In this document: positions 9,614 to 18,231 of the stretch, one piece after another
Position numbering within the stretch: position 1 is the first letter of the stretch
Layout of the letters: every line of letters begins with the position of its first letter
Origin: Bacilli bacterium
GTDB lineage: Bacteria > Bacillota_I > Bacilli_A > RF39 > UBA660
DNA length: 64,000 nucleotides
Assembly: GCA_017511805.1 (NCBI GenBank)
Contig: JAFWJA010000021.1
Coordinates: 65,956-129,955 of the forward strand
Direction: 5' to 3'
The notes under the pieces: model-generated
Databases searched by the model: none
What the model was told of the DNA's origin: nothing
What the model saw: the letters and a program-made list of their open reading frames with translations, nothing else
Program-made: the position numbers and the translations under genes

Positions 9614-10376
9614 AATTTTGAGTTGCGGGTATTGATCTATAACATTGACTACCATTTAATAAGTATCCATCATCACATGAATAATATTTATTATGAAGTG
9701 GATAACAATAATTTTTATCAGGTTCTCCAAAACTAATCATTTTTAATGAACCATATCCACCAGGGCATTCTTCTGTATCACTTTCATACCCTTCTGATAA
9801 GGATATACAATATGTATCAGAGGTAATATCAACATTCCCATAATCAGTTGTACCATCCGGACATACCCAATTAGCACTAACTACACTAGTACATGTTGTA
9901 CCATCTAATGAATAACCATCAGGACAAGAATAAGTAATAGTAGGTGTTTGTGGTTCAGGTGTTGGAGTAGGAGTAGGTTGTGGTGTAGGATTTGAATTAG
10001 TATTTTGTGATTGCCCTTGATTATTTGATTGACTTTGATTATTAGACTGATTTTGGTTATTAGATTGACTTTGTGAATTAGTTTGATTATTATTAGTTGT
10101 TTGATTCTGATTTTGTTCTTGTTTTTTATTACTATCAGTTTTTGTCTCAGTCTTACTATCAGTTTTGGTATCTTTTTTAGTATCATTATTATTAGTATTA
10201 GTATCTACTTTCTGATTAGCATTTGTACCTTTATTATTACCTTTTTTATTGTTATCATTCTTAGGTCTTAATACTAATATTAAAGACATTATAACAATTA
10301 AAGCTACAATACTAGAAACAATAATTATAATTATTGTTTTCTTATTCTTTTCATTTTTCTTATTATTCTTTCCCAT
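9612..10376 (-). CDS. Signal-anchored membrane protein with Q/N/S/T low-complexity linker and C-terminal Cys-rich repeat domain
   Basis: N-terminal TM TIIIIIVSSIVALIVIMSLILVL. Long SNNQNQSNNQSQ and TPTPTPEP linker. Four degenerate modules C-P-D-G-Y-x-L-D-G-T-x-C (12 Cys in the last 110 aa). Confidence 0.55.
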   Translation of the reverse strand: MGKNNKKNEKNKKTIIIIIVSSIVALIVIMSLILVLRPKNDNNKKGNNKGTNANQKVDTNTNNNDTKKDTKTDSKTETKTDSNKKQEQNQNQTTNNNQTNSQSQSNNQNQSNNQSQSNNQGQSQNTNSNPTPQPTPTPTPEPQTPTITYSCPDGYSLDGTTCTSVVSANWVCPDGTTDYGNVDITSDTYCISLSEGYESDTEECPGGYGSLKMISFGEPDKNYCYPLHNKYYSCDDGYLLNGSQCYRSIPATQN

Positions 10377-10483
10377 ATTATTACTTCCTTTTATTAAATT
10401 ATAACACTAAATAACAAAACTATAATTTTTTTAGTTATATAGATTTACACTTTATGCTATAATCATAATAAGAGGTGACTTGT

Positions 10484-10711
10484 ATGGGATTATTTGGAGA
10501 TGATAAAAAAAAGAAGAAGCAGCAACAAGATATTGGGGCACTATTCTTCATGAACGATGCATTAAATGATAATGAGTATGATGATGAAGAGTTAGATGAA
10601 TATGGATTAACAGAAGAAGAAAAGGAACAAGTTAAAAAAGGTGAAAATGATCCATGGAACTTTGATGAAGAAGATTTAGAAGACGATGACTATTATAATG
10701 AAGATGATTAA
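10484..10711 (+). CDS. Small highly acidic (D/E-rich) hypothetical protein
   Basis: RBS AGAGGTG lies 7 nt upstream of ATG 10484. The ORF track starts at GTG 10475. Confidence 0.45.
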   Translation: MGLFGDDKKKKKQQQDIGALFFMNDALNDNEYDDEELDEYGLTEEEKEQVKKGENDPWNFDEEDLEDDDYYNEDD

Positions 10712-10773
10712 TCATCTTTTTTAGGTTGATATTATATTTCTTTTATTTTTTCCACCATATAATAAATTGAAAG

Positions 10774-11103
10774 GTGGTAGTAAAAATAAAAAGAATAACA
10801 TTTATTATTTTAAATACTGGTTTTAAAAAGTATAACCAAGCATTAGTTAAAGTATATGATACTTGTAATAATCTTATATATCATGAAGAAACTTATAATG
10901 GTAGATTAGATTTATTATTAAAAGAAAAAGATGTTTATAAAGTAGAAATAATTAAAAATAATAGTATTATTAAAAGTTCTATATATGTAGTAAAAGATAA
11001 ATATATATTTTCATTTAGTAGAACTATCACTTTTCTTTTAAGAGATGCAAATTATTATAATTTGCCTATAAAGAAAGGGGAGATAATACTATGGCAAAAA
11101 TAA
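10774..11103 (+). CDS. Hypothetical protein (GTG start)
   Basis: Open frame with GAAAGG RBS and no recognisable motif. Confidence 0.35.
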   Translation: MVVKIKRITFIILNTGFKKYNQALVKVYDTCNNLIYHEETYNGRLDLLLKEKDVYKVEIIKNNSIIKSSIYVVKDKYIFSFSRTITFLLRDANYYNLPIKKGEIILWQK

Positions 11104-11627
11104 TTAATATTATTGATGGAACAGGTACTGGTGAATTAATAAATGATACATATACAGTAACAGCATCTGTTCCTGGTTATGAAAATAGTTCTATTAATCC
11201 TAGTAGTGTATCTATAGTAGAAGGAACAAATAGTTATAGTTTTTCTATTAGCGCAACTGGTACTTTAACTCTTCATGTTACTGAAGATGGTACCTCTACT
11301 GGTACTCCAGTAGTAGGGGCAACATTCTTTAGAACAGATAGTACTGGTACTGAATATGGTACCGCTATTACTACTGATACTAATGGTGATGCTGTATTTG
11401 ATAATGTTCCATTTGATCAAACTAATGCACCAGTTATTTATTTTAAACAAACTGCATCAGATGGTGATCATGAGTTTGATTCTACAGTTCAAAATACTAC
11501 TATGACAACAAGTACTAGTACAATAGAAATACAAAACCCAGTAGGAGCAACTAGAACAATTACTTTAACTGATTCTAACTATGATAATTTACCCATATCA
11601 TCTGGATCATTAACTTTAACAAACTAA
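11091..11627 (+). CDS. Thr/Ser-rich protein with CnaB/transthyretin-like (prealbumin fold) segment
   Basis: GATFFRTDSTGTEYGTAITTDTNGDAVFDNVPFD fits the G-x-F-x-L...TTD-NG-x-F-x-L pattern of CnaB/carboxypeptidase-regulatory-like domains. No signal peptide. Confidence 0.4.
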   Translation: MAKIINIIDGTGTGELINDTYTVTASVPGYENSSINPSSVSIVEGTNSYSFSISATGTLTLHVTEDGTSTGTPVVGATFFRTDSTGTEYGTAITTDTNGDAVFDNVPFDQTNAPVIYFKQTASDGDHEFDSTVQNTTMTTSTSTIEIQNPVGATRTITLTDSNYDNLPISSGSLTLTN

Positions 11628-11655
11628 AAAGAGTGGATTATTCCACTCTTTTTCA
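11628..11655. terminator. Bidirectional intrinsic terminator
   Basis: 10-bp stem aaagagtgga-ttat-tccactcttt followed by a T-run. Confidence 0.75.
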
Positions 11656-11667
11656 TATACCAAATAA

Positions 11668-12201
11668 TTATTTATAATATTCTAAATCTTCATTACTATA
11701 TAATACTAAATCTATATTAATATCTTTATCTTTAATAAAATCTTTAATCATATTAGGTACAAATTTACCTACTTCAACATGACCAAAACCATAAAAACCA
11801 GTACCTAAAGATGGAATAAGTATATTCTTATACTTATTCTTTTCTATTTCATTAAACATATTATTATAAGTATTCTTTAATATATCTAATGAATCATCAC
11901 TATCCCATTTTTTAGGACCTTGTACAAACATAATATCCATATTTAAATTAAAACCAGGTGTTATTCTAATATCACCAGTTTTCATTAAATTATCTCTATT
12001 AAAATCTTTAGATAAATAATTAATATTAAACTCTTTTTGAGTATACTCCTCCAGCTTATCTACATCAGCTTTCTTGAAAATAGCTCCGGAAACTCCAGAT
12101 CCTGATAACATAGCAGGATTAGAGGGATTAACTATTAAGTCATGACCTTTTAATATTTTATCACTAGTTATATCACCAACTAGTATTCTAAAATTACCCA
12201 T
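11668..12201 (-). CDS. Macro-domain protein (ADP-ribose binding / O-acetyl-ADP-ribose deacetylase-like)
   Basis: ILVGDITS..DLIVNPSNP..GSGVSGAIFKKA..ILIPSLGTGFYGF are macro-domain signature segments. RBS GGAGGT; extended -10 TGTTATAAT about 25 nt upstream. Confidence 0.75.
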   Translation of the reverse strand: MGNFRILVGDITSDKILKGHDLIVNPSNPAMLSGSGVSGAIFKKADVDKLEEYTQKEFNINYLSKDFNRDNLMKTGDIRITPGFNLNMDIMFVQGPKKWDSDDSLDILKNTYNNMFNEIEKNKYKNILIPSLGTGFYGFGHVEVGKFVPNMIKDFIKDKDINIDLVLYSNEDLEYYK

Positions 12202-12311
12202 ATAATTACCTCCAGTACAATAAACATTATAACATATATAGAAAGACAGGGGATATCCGGAGCCACATATGAAGACTAGTACAGGATGATAGAGAGGGGA
12301 ATAGGTTTTAC

Positions 12312-13049
12312 TTATTTTAGTTCTATAATTTTATCATATAAACATTTGAATTTATCAAATGTATCTAAATCATTCTTATGATAATGTCCGAAAAACCATT
12401 CTTTGAATTTTGTTTTATTCTTTATTTCTTCCAAATAATCTGTTAATTCGTTGATAGGATAATACTTATTAAAATAATTTTGAATAGTAGTGGGTGCACA
12501 ATGGGTGATAACATAATCTACTTCATAATTATTCTTTTTAAGATTGTTTAAACCATTTTTATATTCATTAATTGTAGGCATTTCTAAGTCCCACCAATTA
12601 ATATTTCTGATTCTATAAGAAGATTTATTGCTTTTTAATTCTTCAATTTTATTAATATCATCTATATTTATAACACCATCTTTAATGTCATGCGAAGCAG
12701 CTCCTCCAAAAACAAATATTTTTCTCCCTTCTATTTCATAGATTTCTCCTCTCATTAAATGGAATATGGATGAATTTATTTTATGAACTTTACCTCCATG
12801 CCATTCTATAACAGGATATTTATTTAATCTATTAAAGTTTTCATGATTACCATCCACAAATAGAGTAGTGAACTTCATTTTAGATAGCTCTTTTAAGTTT
12901 ATTTTCTCTTGTCTAGGTATTTTCTTATCATGCCAGATTCCCCCAAAGTCACCACAAATAATTACATAATCTTCTTTTGTTAGAATAGAGAAGTTCTCTT
13001 TTTTAAATCTACTAAAATCTCCATGACAATCTCCAGTTATATAGATCAT
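12312..13049 (-). CDS. Calcineurin-like metallophosphoesterase
   Basis: Metal-ligand motifs GDCHGD, GDFGG, GNHEN and GHYH in canonical order. Confidence 0.75.
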   Translation of the reverse strand: MIYITGDCHGDFSRFKKENFSILTKEDYVIICGDFGGIWHDKKIPRQEKINLKELSKMKFTTLFVDGNHENFNRLNKYPVIEWHGGKVHKINSSIFHLMRGEIYEIEGRKIFVFGGAASHDIKDGVINIDDINKIEELKSNKSSYRIRNINWWDLEMPTINEYKNGLNNLKKNNYEVDYVITHCAPTTIQNYFNKYYPINELTDYLEEIKNKTKFKEWFFGHYHKNDLDTFDKFKCLYDKIIELK

Positions 13050-13151
13050 GTTATCACCTCCGTCTTATTTATTTAAAATTCTATCTATATCCCTTTCTAC
13101 TTTCAAATTAATTCTATTTAATTTTTCTATGTACCTAGTATTTTTGTTATA

Positions 13152-14507
13152 TCACACTTCAACATTAACCAAATTACTCTCCCAGTTATTTATTACATTT
13201 AGTATATTCTTATCTTCTATTTCATTATTATATTTCCCTAAAGCCATTGTAACACTATTATCTATTACTTCTATTGTTACTAATGATTTATCAGGTTTAT
13301 CTTTTTCTCTTAAGAAATAAACTTGGCTATTAGAATATAGTATATTGTCATAATAAGTTCTTACACAATTATGCATTTGAAAACTTTCTTCTATTAAATC
13401 ATTTAAATTATGTGGTGGATAAATAATATATTTATCATCTTCATATTTATTAAAATCTAACATATCCCCCACAGCATTTAATTTATTATTAATATCTTTA
13501 TTATTTAATAAAAGATATTTTGTATATACTTCATTATATGCTTTATTAAAATCCTTTGGAAAAAGCACATTATTATCATCTAAATCTAATTTAATTTCTA
13601 AACAAAAAGAATAATAATCTAAATAGGAAAATAATAGTGATTCATCTTTTAAAAATAAATCCCCTAATTTATCAAATACTTTTTTAATAGTTTTTTTATC
13701 CATTTTAGAATCATTTATTAGATCAATGTAATAACCAATAAGTTTTAATAATTTTAAATTATCTGTTTTATATATTTTTAATGCCTTATACATATCACTA
13801 TCAATATCATTTTCCACCATAAATTTATAATATTTCTTTTCTAAACCAAATGTATCTATAAAATTACCTTTAAATTTTATTTCTTCTGGAAATGATAACG
13901 CTAATGAATATAGTTTTAAATTAACTAAATATTCAAATTCTTTATGATATAAAGGATTATATGTAATATCTAATATATTAATTTTTTTAGTAGCAAATAT
14001 ATCTTTTAACATCCATAATTTTGTATATTTATACATACTAGTATTTTTTAATTCTTCTAAATTATCTGTATATAAATAACCACTTGGAATTTCAGTGAAA
14101 AAGTAATAAAAATCCCATTCATCATTATCTTCCACACCTTGAGTTTTATACTTATTATAATACTTATATGAACATGATTTATTACTAATGGTGTCTATTA
14201 TTAAATTATCATAAACTCTAAATCTATTTATTAAAGAAATACTGTTTTTCATATACGAATTAATACAGAAATCACTTTTATAATTTATATTAGATCTATA
14301 AATATTTATATAAACTTCATCACATGAAACTACATCAAAATAGTAATAATTAAAAGAAGCACTTGTCTTTTTAATATCATTATCTTCACCTTTTACCATA
14401 TTTATTTCATCAAAATCTATATGTTTGTTATAATTACTACAATACTTATTATCATTCATATCAATATATTTATTCTTCATTTGACTTTTTATATAATCAA
14501 AAACCAT
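13152..14507 (-). CDS. PcfJ-like domain protein (C-terminal), large N-terminal region of unknown function
   Basis: C-terminal QMHNCVRTYYDNILYSNSQVYFLRE resembles the PcfJ-like core (hNCV..Y...h.....hhFLR). Confidence 0.5.
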   Translation of the reverse strand: MVFDYIKSQMKNKYIDMNDNKYCSNYNKHIDFDEINMVKGEDNDIKKTSASFNYYYFDVVSCDEVYINIYRSNINYKSDFCINSYMKNSISLINRFRVYDNLIIDTISNKSCSYKYYNKYKTQGVEDNDEWDFYYFFTEIPSGYLYTDNLEELKNTSMYKYTKLWMLKDIFATKKINILDITYNPLYHKEFEYLVNLKLYSLALSFPEEIKFKGNFIDTFGLEKKYYKFMVENDIDSDMYKALKIYKTDNLKLLKLIGYYIDLINDSKMDKKTIKKVFDKLGDLFLKDESLLFSYLDYYSFCLEIKLDLDDNNVLFPKDFNKAYNEVYTKYLLLNNKDINNKLNAVGDMLDFNKYEDDKYIIYPPHNLNDLIEESFQMHNCVRTYYDNILYSNSQVYFLREKDKPDKSLVTIEVIDNSVTMALGKYNNEIEDKNILNVINNWESNLVNVEV

Positions 14508-14985
14508 AACACCACCTCTAATTAGAATATAACATAAATAAAAAAAGAAAAATACTGATTCTGAATTAGAAATAGCAAAAAATCTATTTTACCCTTTATT
14601 TATATCAAATAATTTTTTTCATAAATAATTCTCCTTTTCTTCCTGGGTGACCATATATTAACACATAGACTTCTTAATCAACCTGATAACTTTTTAATCA
14701 TAATGATTATTTTTTAGTAGAAAGAAAATAATCCAATAAATTATCTGAGTTTTATTAATTGTTCCAATTAGCTTGATGGTAGTAGTTGAGTGGTTCAAAA
14801 GGTAAAAGAATGAACAGTATTATTTAAAAAAATCATTCGACTATGAAAGCAAGTAATATTACCATAATAAAATTACTATTAGAAAGAGATGAAATAAATG
14901 AATTTAAAGAATTAAAAAAAGGAAATGACATTTATCGACAAATTATGCTATAATCTGAATAGAGATTATACATGGGAGTAGGAAT

Positions 14986-16092
14986 ATGGCAGAGAATAGA
15001 AAATTTTTATCAGAACAGATTATTACATATATAGGTAACAAAAGATCGTTATTAGACTTTATTGGAAAATCAGTAAAACTGGTAAAAAAAGAACTTGGTA
15101 AAGACAAACTAAAGACAGCAGATTTATTTTCAGGATCGGGAATTGTAGCAAGATATTTGAAACAGTATAGTACAGATCTATATGTAAATGATTTGGAGAA
15201 TTATGCTAGTACAATAAATAAGTGTTACTTGACTAATAAATCTAGTATTGATAAGAAAGAATTAAATAGGTGGTATAAATATTTAAAAAGTAATCTTTCA
15301 GATGATAATTTAAAATCTGGTTTTATCACTGAATTATATAGTCCTAAAGATGATAGTGATATAAAAGAGGGTGAAAGAGTTTTCTACAAGTCTAGAAATG
15401 CCAAATACATAGATACTGAGCGTAAATTAATAAAAAGAATTCCAAATAAGTATAAAAACTTGTTTCTTGGTCCACTTTTATATGAAGCTTCTAATAAGAC
15501 TAATACATCTGGTGTCTTCAAAGGTTTTTACAAAAATTCTGATACTAATATAGGTCAATTTGGTGGAAACGGTAAAAATGCATTAAAAAGAATATTGTCT
15601 GATATTGAAGTAAAAAAACCAGTATTGAGTAATTACGATTGCAATGTGAAAGTATATCAAGAGGATACAGTAATACTCGCAAAAAAACTACCTGAAATGG
15701 ATCTTGTTTATTTAGATCCACCTTATAATCAACATCCTTATGGGTCAAATTACTTTATGTTGAACTTAATTAATGATTATAAAAAACCTACAAAAATAAG
15801 TAAGGTATCAGGCATTCCAGAGAATTGGAATAAAAGTGATTTTAATAAAAAATCATCGTCCTTAGCAATGATGAATTCAATTTGTAAAGATTTAAAAACA
15901 AAATATATATTGATTTCATTTAATTCTGAGGGGTTTATTACGTATAACGAAATGGTAAAAATGTTGTCTAAATATGGAACTGTAAGAGTATTTGACAAAA
16001 AATATAATGCTTTTAAAGCTAGTAGAAATCTTAATAAAAGAGATTTATATGTAGATGAGTATTTATTCTTATTAAAGAAGGAGAGTGAATAA
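14986..16092 (+). CDS. D12-class (Dam-like) N6-adenine DNA methyltransferase
   Basis: N-terminal YIGNKRSLLDFI (Dam Y/W-x-G-x-K), motif I DLFSGSG and motif IV DPPYN. Extended -10 TGCTATAAT upstream. Confidence 0.8.
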   Translation: MAENRKFLSEQIITYIGNKRSLLDFIGKSVKLVKKELGKDKLKTADLFSGSGIVARYLKQYSTDLYVNDLENYASTINKCYLTNKSSIDKKELNRWYKYLKSNLSDDNLKSGFITELYSPKDDSDIKEGERVFYKSRNAKYIDTERKLIKRIPNKYKNLFLGPLLYEASNKTNTSGVFKGFYKNSDTNIGQFGGNGKNALKRILSDIEVKKPVLSNYDCNVKVYQEDTVILAKKLPEMDLVYLDPPYNQHPYGSNYFMLNLINDYKKPTKISKVSGIPENWNKSDFNKKSSSLAMMNSICKDLKTKYILISFNSEGFITYNEMVKMLSKYGTVRVFDKKYNAFKASRNLNKRDLYVDEYLFLLKKESE

Positions 16093-16094
16093 TA

Positions 16095-16496
16095 ATGCTG
16101 GGAGATGTATTAAAATCAAGAATCAAAGAATTATCTAAAGCATCAACAAAAAAAGTTGGAGATGATGCTTTTTGGGTAATTCTTAGAAATATTGCAAAAG
16201 ATGAGATAATAGAATTATATCCTAAAAAGGTTGATAGCGATACTATAGTACCTATTTATTTCGAAATATTATCATCAAATGAAACTTATATTCCTAAATA
16301 TTTTAAGGAAAAGTTAGATTCAAATCATCAAGAAAGATATAGAGTAATAAATAGGAATTTGTTTACAAGCAACGCATTTCATCCTGATGGCTTAGCAAAT
16401 CAGGAGGGAATTACTGCATATAAGGATTTTAATGAGAGTAAAAAAGGTGAAAGAATAGTATATCAAGGAGATGTTAATTATGCTAATAAACAATAA
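16095..16496 (+). CDS. Hypothetical 133-aa protein in the MTase/GmrSD-like operon
   Basis: Starts 3 nt after the MTase stop and overlaps the next gene by 26 nt. No recognisable motif. Confidence 0.4.
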   Translation: MLGDVLKSRIKELSKASTKKVGDDAFWVILRNIAKDEIIELYPKKVDSDTIVPIYFEILSSNETYIPKYFKEKLDSNHQERYRVINRNLFTSNAFHPDGLANQEGITAYKDFNESKKGERIVYQGDVNYANKQ

Positions 16497-18057
16497 AGAC
16501 GTGGATAACGATTATATTAATTTATATTCATTAAGTGATAAAAAAATAGGAATTCCAATTTTTCAAAGATTTTATGCATGGAAGGAAAATCATATTAAGA
16601 CACTATTAGAAGATATAACAAATGCAATTAACAGTGATAAGGAATTATATTTGTTAGATTTTATATATTATAAAGAAAATGGTAAGATAATGCTTGCGGA
16701 TGGCCAACAAAGAATAGTTACAATAAATCTATTAATCAAGGCAATAAATGAAAAAATAGAAGTGTTAAATGAATCCGTTGATCAAATAAAACCGTTTGAT
16801 ATAAGTTATGATATTAAAGAAAATGATGATAGTTATAATGAATCATATCACAATTATATAAAATCACCATTTAAGAATGTTTATACTTGCATTTCAAATT
16901 TTATTGATGTTAATGTTGATAATCTACAGAAAATACGAGAAATAATCACAAAAAGAATATTTATCTATTTTAAAAAATGTTCTAATGCAGATGATGCTTT
17001 TTCAATATTTACTCAAATAAATACTGGTGGGAAACCATTAACTAAGGAAGAAATAATAAAAACAGCATTAGATCAATATTCAAAAATATATGATGTTAAA
17101 ATTAATACACTAAATATTAAGGATCTTAGACAGGATGTGGTTAGTTATTATAAAATAGTCGAAGATAATTATTCTATTAACTTTGATCAGATGACTATAA
17201 TGACATTCTTTAAAGAATATGTTACTAAAGACAAAGAAAGTTTTATAAAATTTAAAGAAGCAATAAACTCGTTAGATAAAATTAAGAATAATCCTTTAAG
17301 ATACATTATTAAATATATTAATAGACCAATTTTATTTGATGTAATGAATGTTTTGACTATGAAAGGTATAGATTTGAAGCTTAATAGAAAGTATGTAGAG
17401 AAAGTAATGTTACCACTATGCTTTGCATCTATAACAATGTCTTTTAAATTAAGTAATCCCTCTTTAATTAATCATTTAACAACAGATTTGATTAAAAAAA
17501 TAAAAAAAGATGAAAGTGTAAATGATTTAGAACTTTATATTGCGGAATTTATAGATGATAATTCTGCTGGATTTAAAATGACAAATGAAGAATTCTCTAA
17601 AGCATTAGGAGAACACAATAATGGTTATAGAAATATTAAAAAAGCATTAATGATAATGGATGTAATATATAGAAATACTGCTGGAGAATTAAATGTTGAG
17701 TCTATTAATTTAGAACATATTTATCCACAGAAACCAGATACTGAATGGGCAACAAAAGGGTGGCCAACAAGCCATGATGAACAAATTGAATTAATTGATA
17801 ATATAGGTAATTATTTGTTATTAAATGAAGCAATAAACAAGCGAGTACAGAATAAATATATAACATACAAAGTTCCAGAATATAATAACATTATTCCAAA
17901 AGATCTTATGTTACAAACAGAAATTAATACAGTGAATTTTGATGACTTTGAAACCAAAAAAGAAGAGTATATTTATGAAAGACAAGTAGAAATAGCTAAA
18001 AAAATTAGAACGGGTTTACCATTTGGTCAAAAACTAATTGTAAGTCAAAGAGTATAA
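16471..18057 (+). CDS. DUF262 (ParB/GmrS-like NTPase) + DUF1524 (GmrD/His-Me-like nuclease) fusion; GmrSD/SspE/BrxU-type defence nuclease
   Basis: IGIPIFQRFYAW and LADGQQRIVT are the DUF262 hallmarks (I-P-x-Y-Q-R, DGQQR). C-terminal LEHIYPQKP..GNYLLLNEAINKR is the DUF1524 hallmark. Confidence 0.8.
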   Translation: MLIMLINNKDVDNDYINLYSLSDKKIGIPIFQRFYAWKENHIKTLLEDITNAINSDKELYLLDFIYYKENGKIMLADGQQRIVTINLLIKAINEKIEVLNESVDQIKPFDISYDIKENDDSYNESYHNYIKSPFKNVYTCISNFIDVNVDNLQKIREIITKRIFIYFKKCSNADDAFSIFTQINTGGKPLTKEEIIKTALDQYSKIYDVKINTLNIKDLRQDVVSYYKIVEDNYSINFDQMTIMTFFKEYVTKDKESFIKFKEAINSLDKIKNNPLRYIIKYINRPILFDVMNVLTMKGIDLKLNRKYVEKVMLPLCFASITMSFKLSNPSLINHLTTDLIKKIKKDESVNDLELYIAEFIDDNSAGFKMTNEEFSKALGEHNNGYRNIKKALMIMDVIYRNTAGELNVESINLEHIYPQKPDTEWATKGWPTSHDEQIELIDNIGNYLLLNEAINKRVQNKYITYKVPEYNNIIPKDLMLQTEINTVNFDDFETKKEEYIYERQVEIAKKIRTGLPFGQKLIVSQRV

Positions 18058-18072
18058 TTTTAAAAAAATAAG

Positions 18073-18108
18073 AAGCAAAATTAATTGCTTCCTTTTTCTT
18101 CCTTTTTT
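18073..18108 (+). terminator. Intrinsic terminator
   Basis: Stem gaagcaa-attaa-ttgcttc, then ctttttcttcctttttt. Confidence 0.7.
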
Positions 18109-18160
18109 ATAGTGCCTCTGATTTGCCGTTCGCTACATAAAAACATACACTTTTTAAACA

Positions 18161-18212
18161 TACCGATAACGGTATAAAACATATTGACAAATACTACCGA
18201 TAACGGTATAAT
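18161..18212 (+). promoter_or_regulatory. Consensus sigma-A promoter (TTGACA-N17-TATAAT) with two identical 16-bp operator-like repeats TACCGATAACGGTATA
   Basis: -35 TTGACA at 18184-18189, a 17-nt spacer, and -10 TATAAT at 18207-18212. The repeat occurs at 18161-18176 and 18195-18210; the second copy overlaps the spacer and -10. Each repeat is a 14-bp imperfect dyad (TACCGAT/AACGGTA). Confidence 0.7.
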
Positions 18213-18231
18213 ATAAACAGAGGTGAAAATT

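Noticed and set aside
9960-10260. Apparent DNA repeat array (caa/aat-rich) that could be mistaken for a CRISPR or satellite.
   Set aside because: The repeats are irregular trinucleotide-level low complexity that encodes the SNNQSQ linker of the 9612-10376 protein. There are no constant-length repeat and spacer units.
12245-12300. Locally GC-rich 55-nt patch (gacaggggatatccggagccacatatgaagactagtacaggatgatagagagggga) between the phosphoesterase and macro genes, considered as a riboswitch or sRNA.
   Set aside because: It lies upstream of the macro gene's extended -10 promoter, so it is not in that leader. It is in the 3' region of the phosphoesterase gene without a convincing stem-loop or any known riboswitch consensus. 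It is possibly a degenerate terminator or protein site. I could not support a call.
14508-14985. 478-bp gene-free AT-rich stretch upstream of the methyltransferase, examined for small ORFs, repeats, att sites or CRISPR-like spacing.
   Set aside because: I found no direct or inverted repeats longer than 10 bp, no ORF with an RBS, and no tRNA-like or riboswitch motif. I treat it as a promoter or island junction region only.
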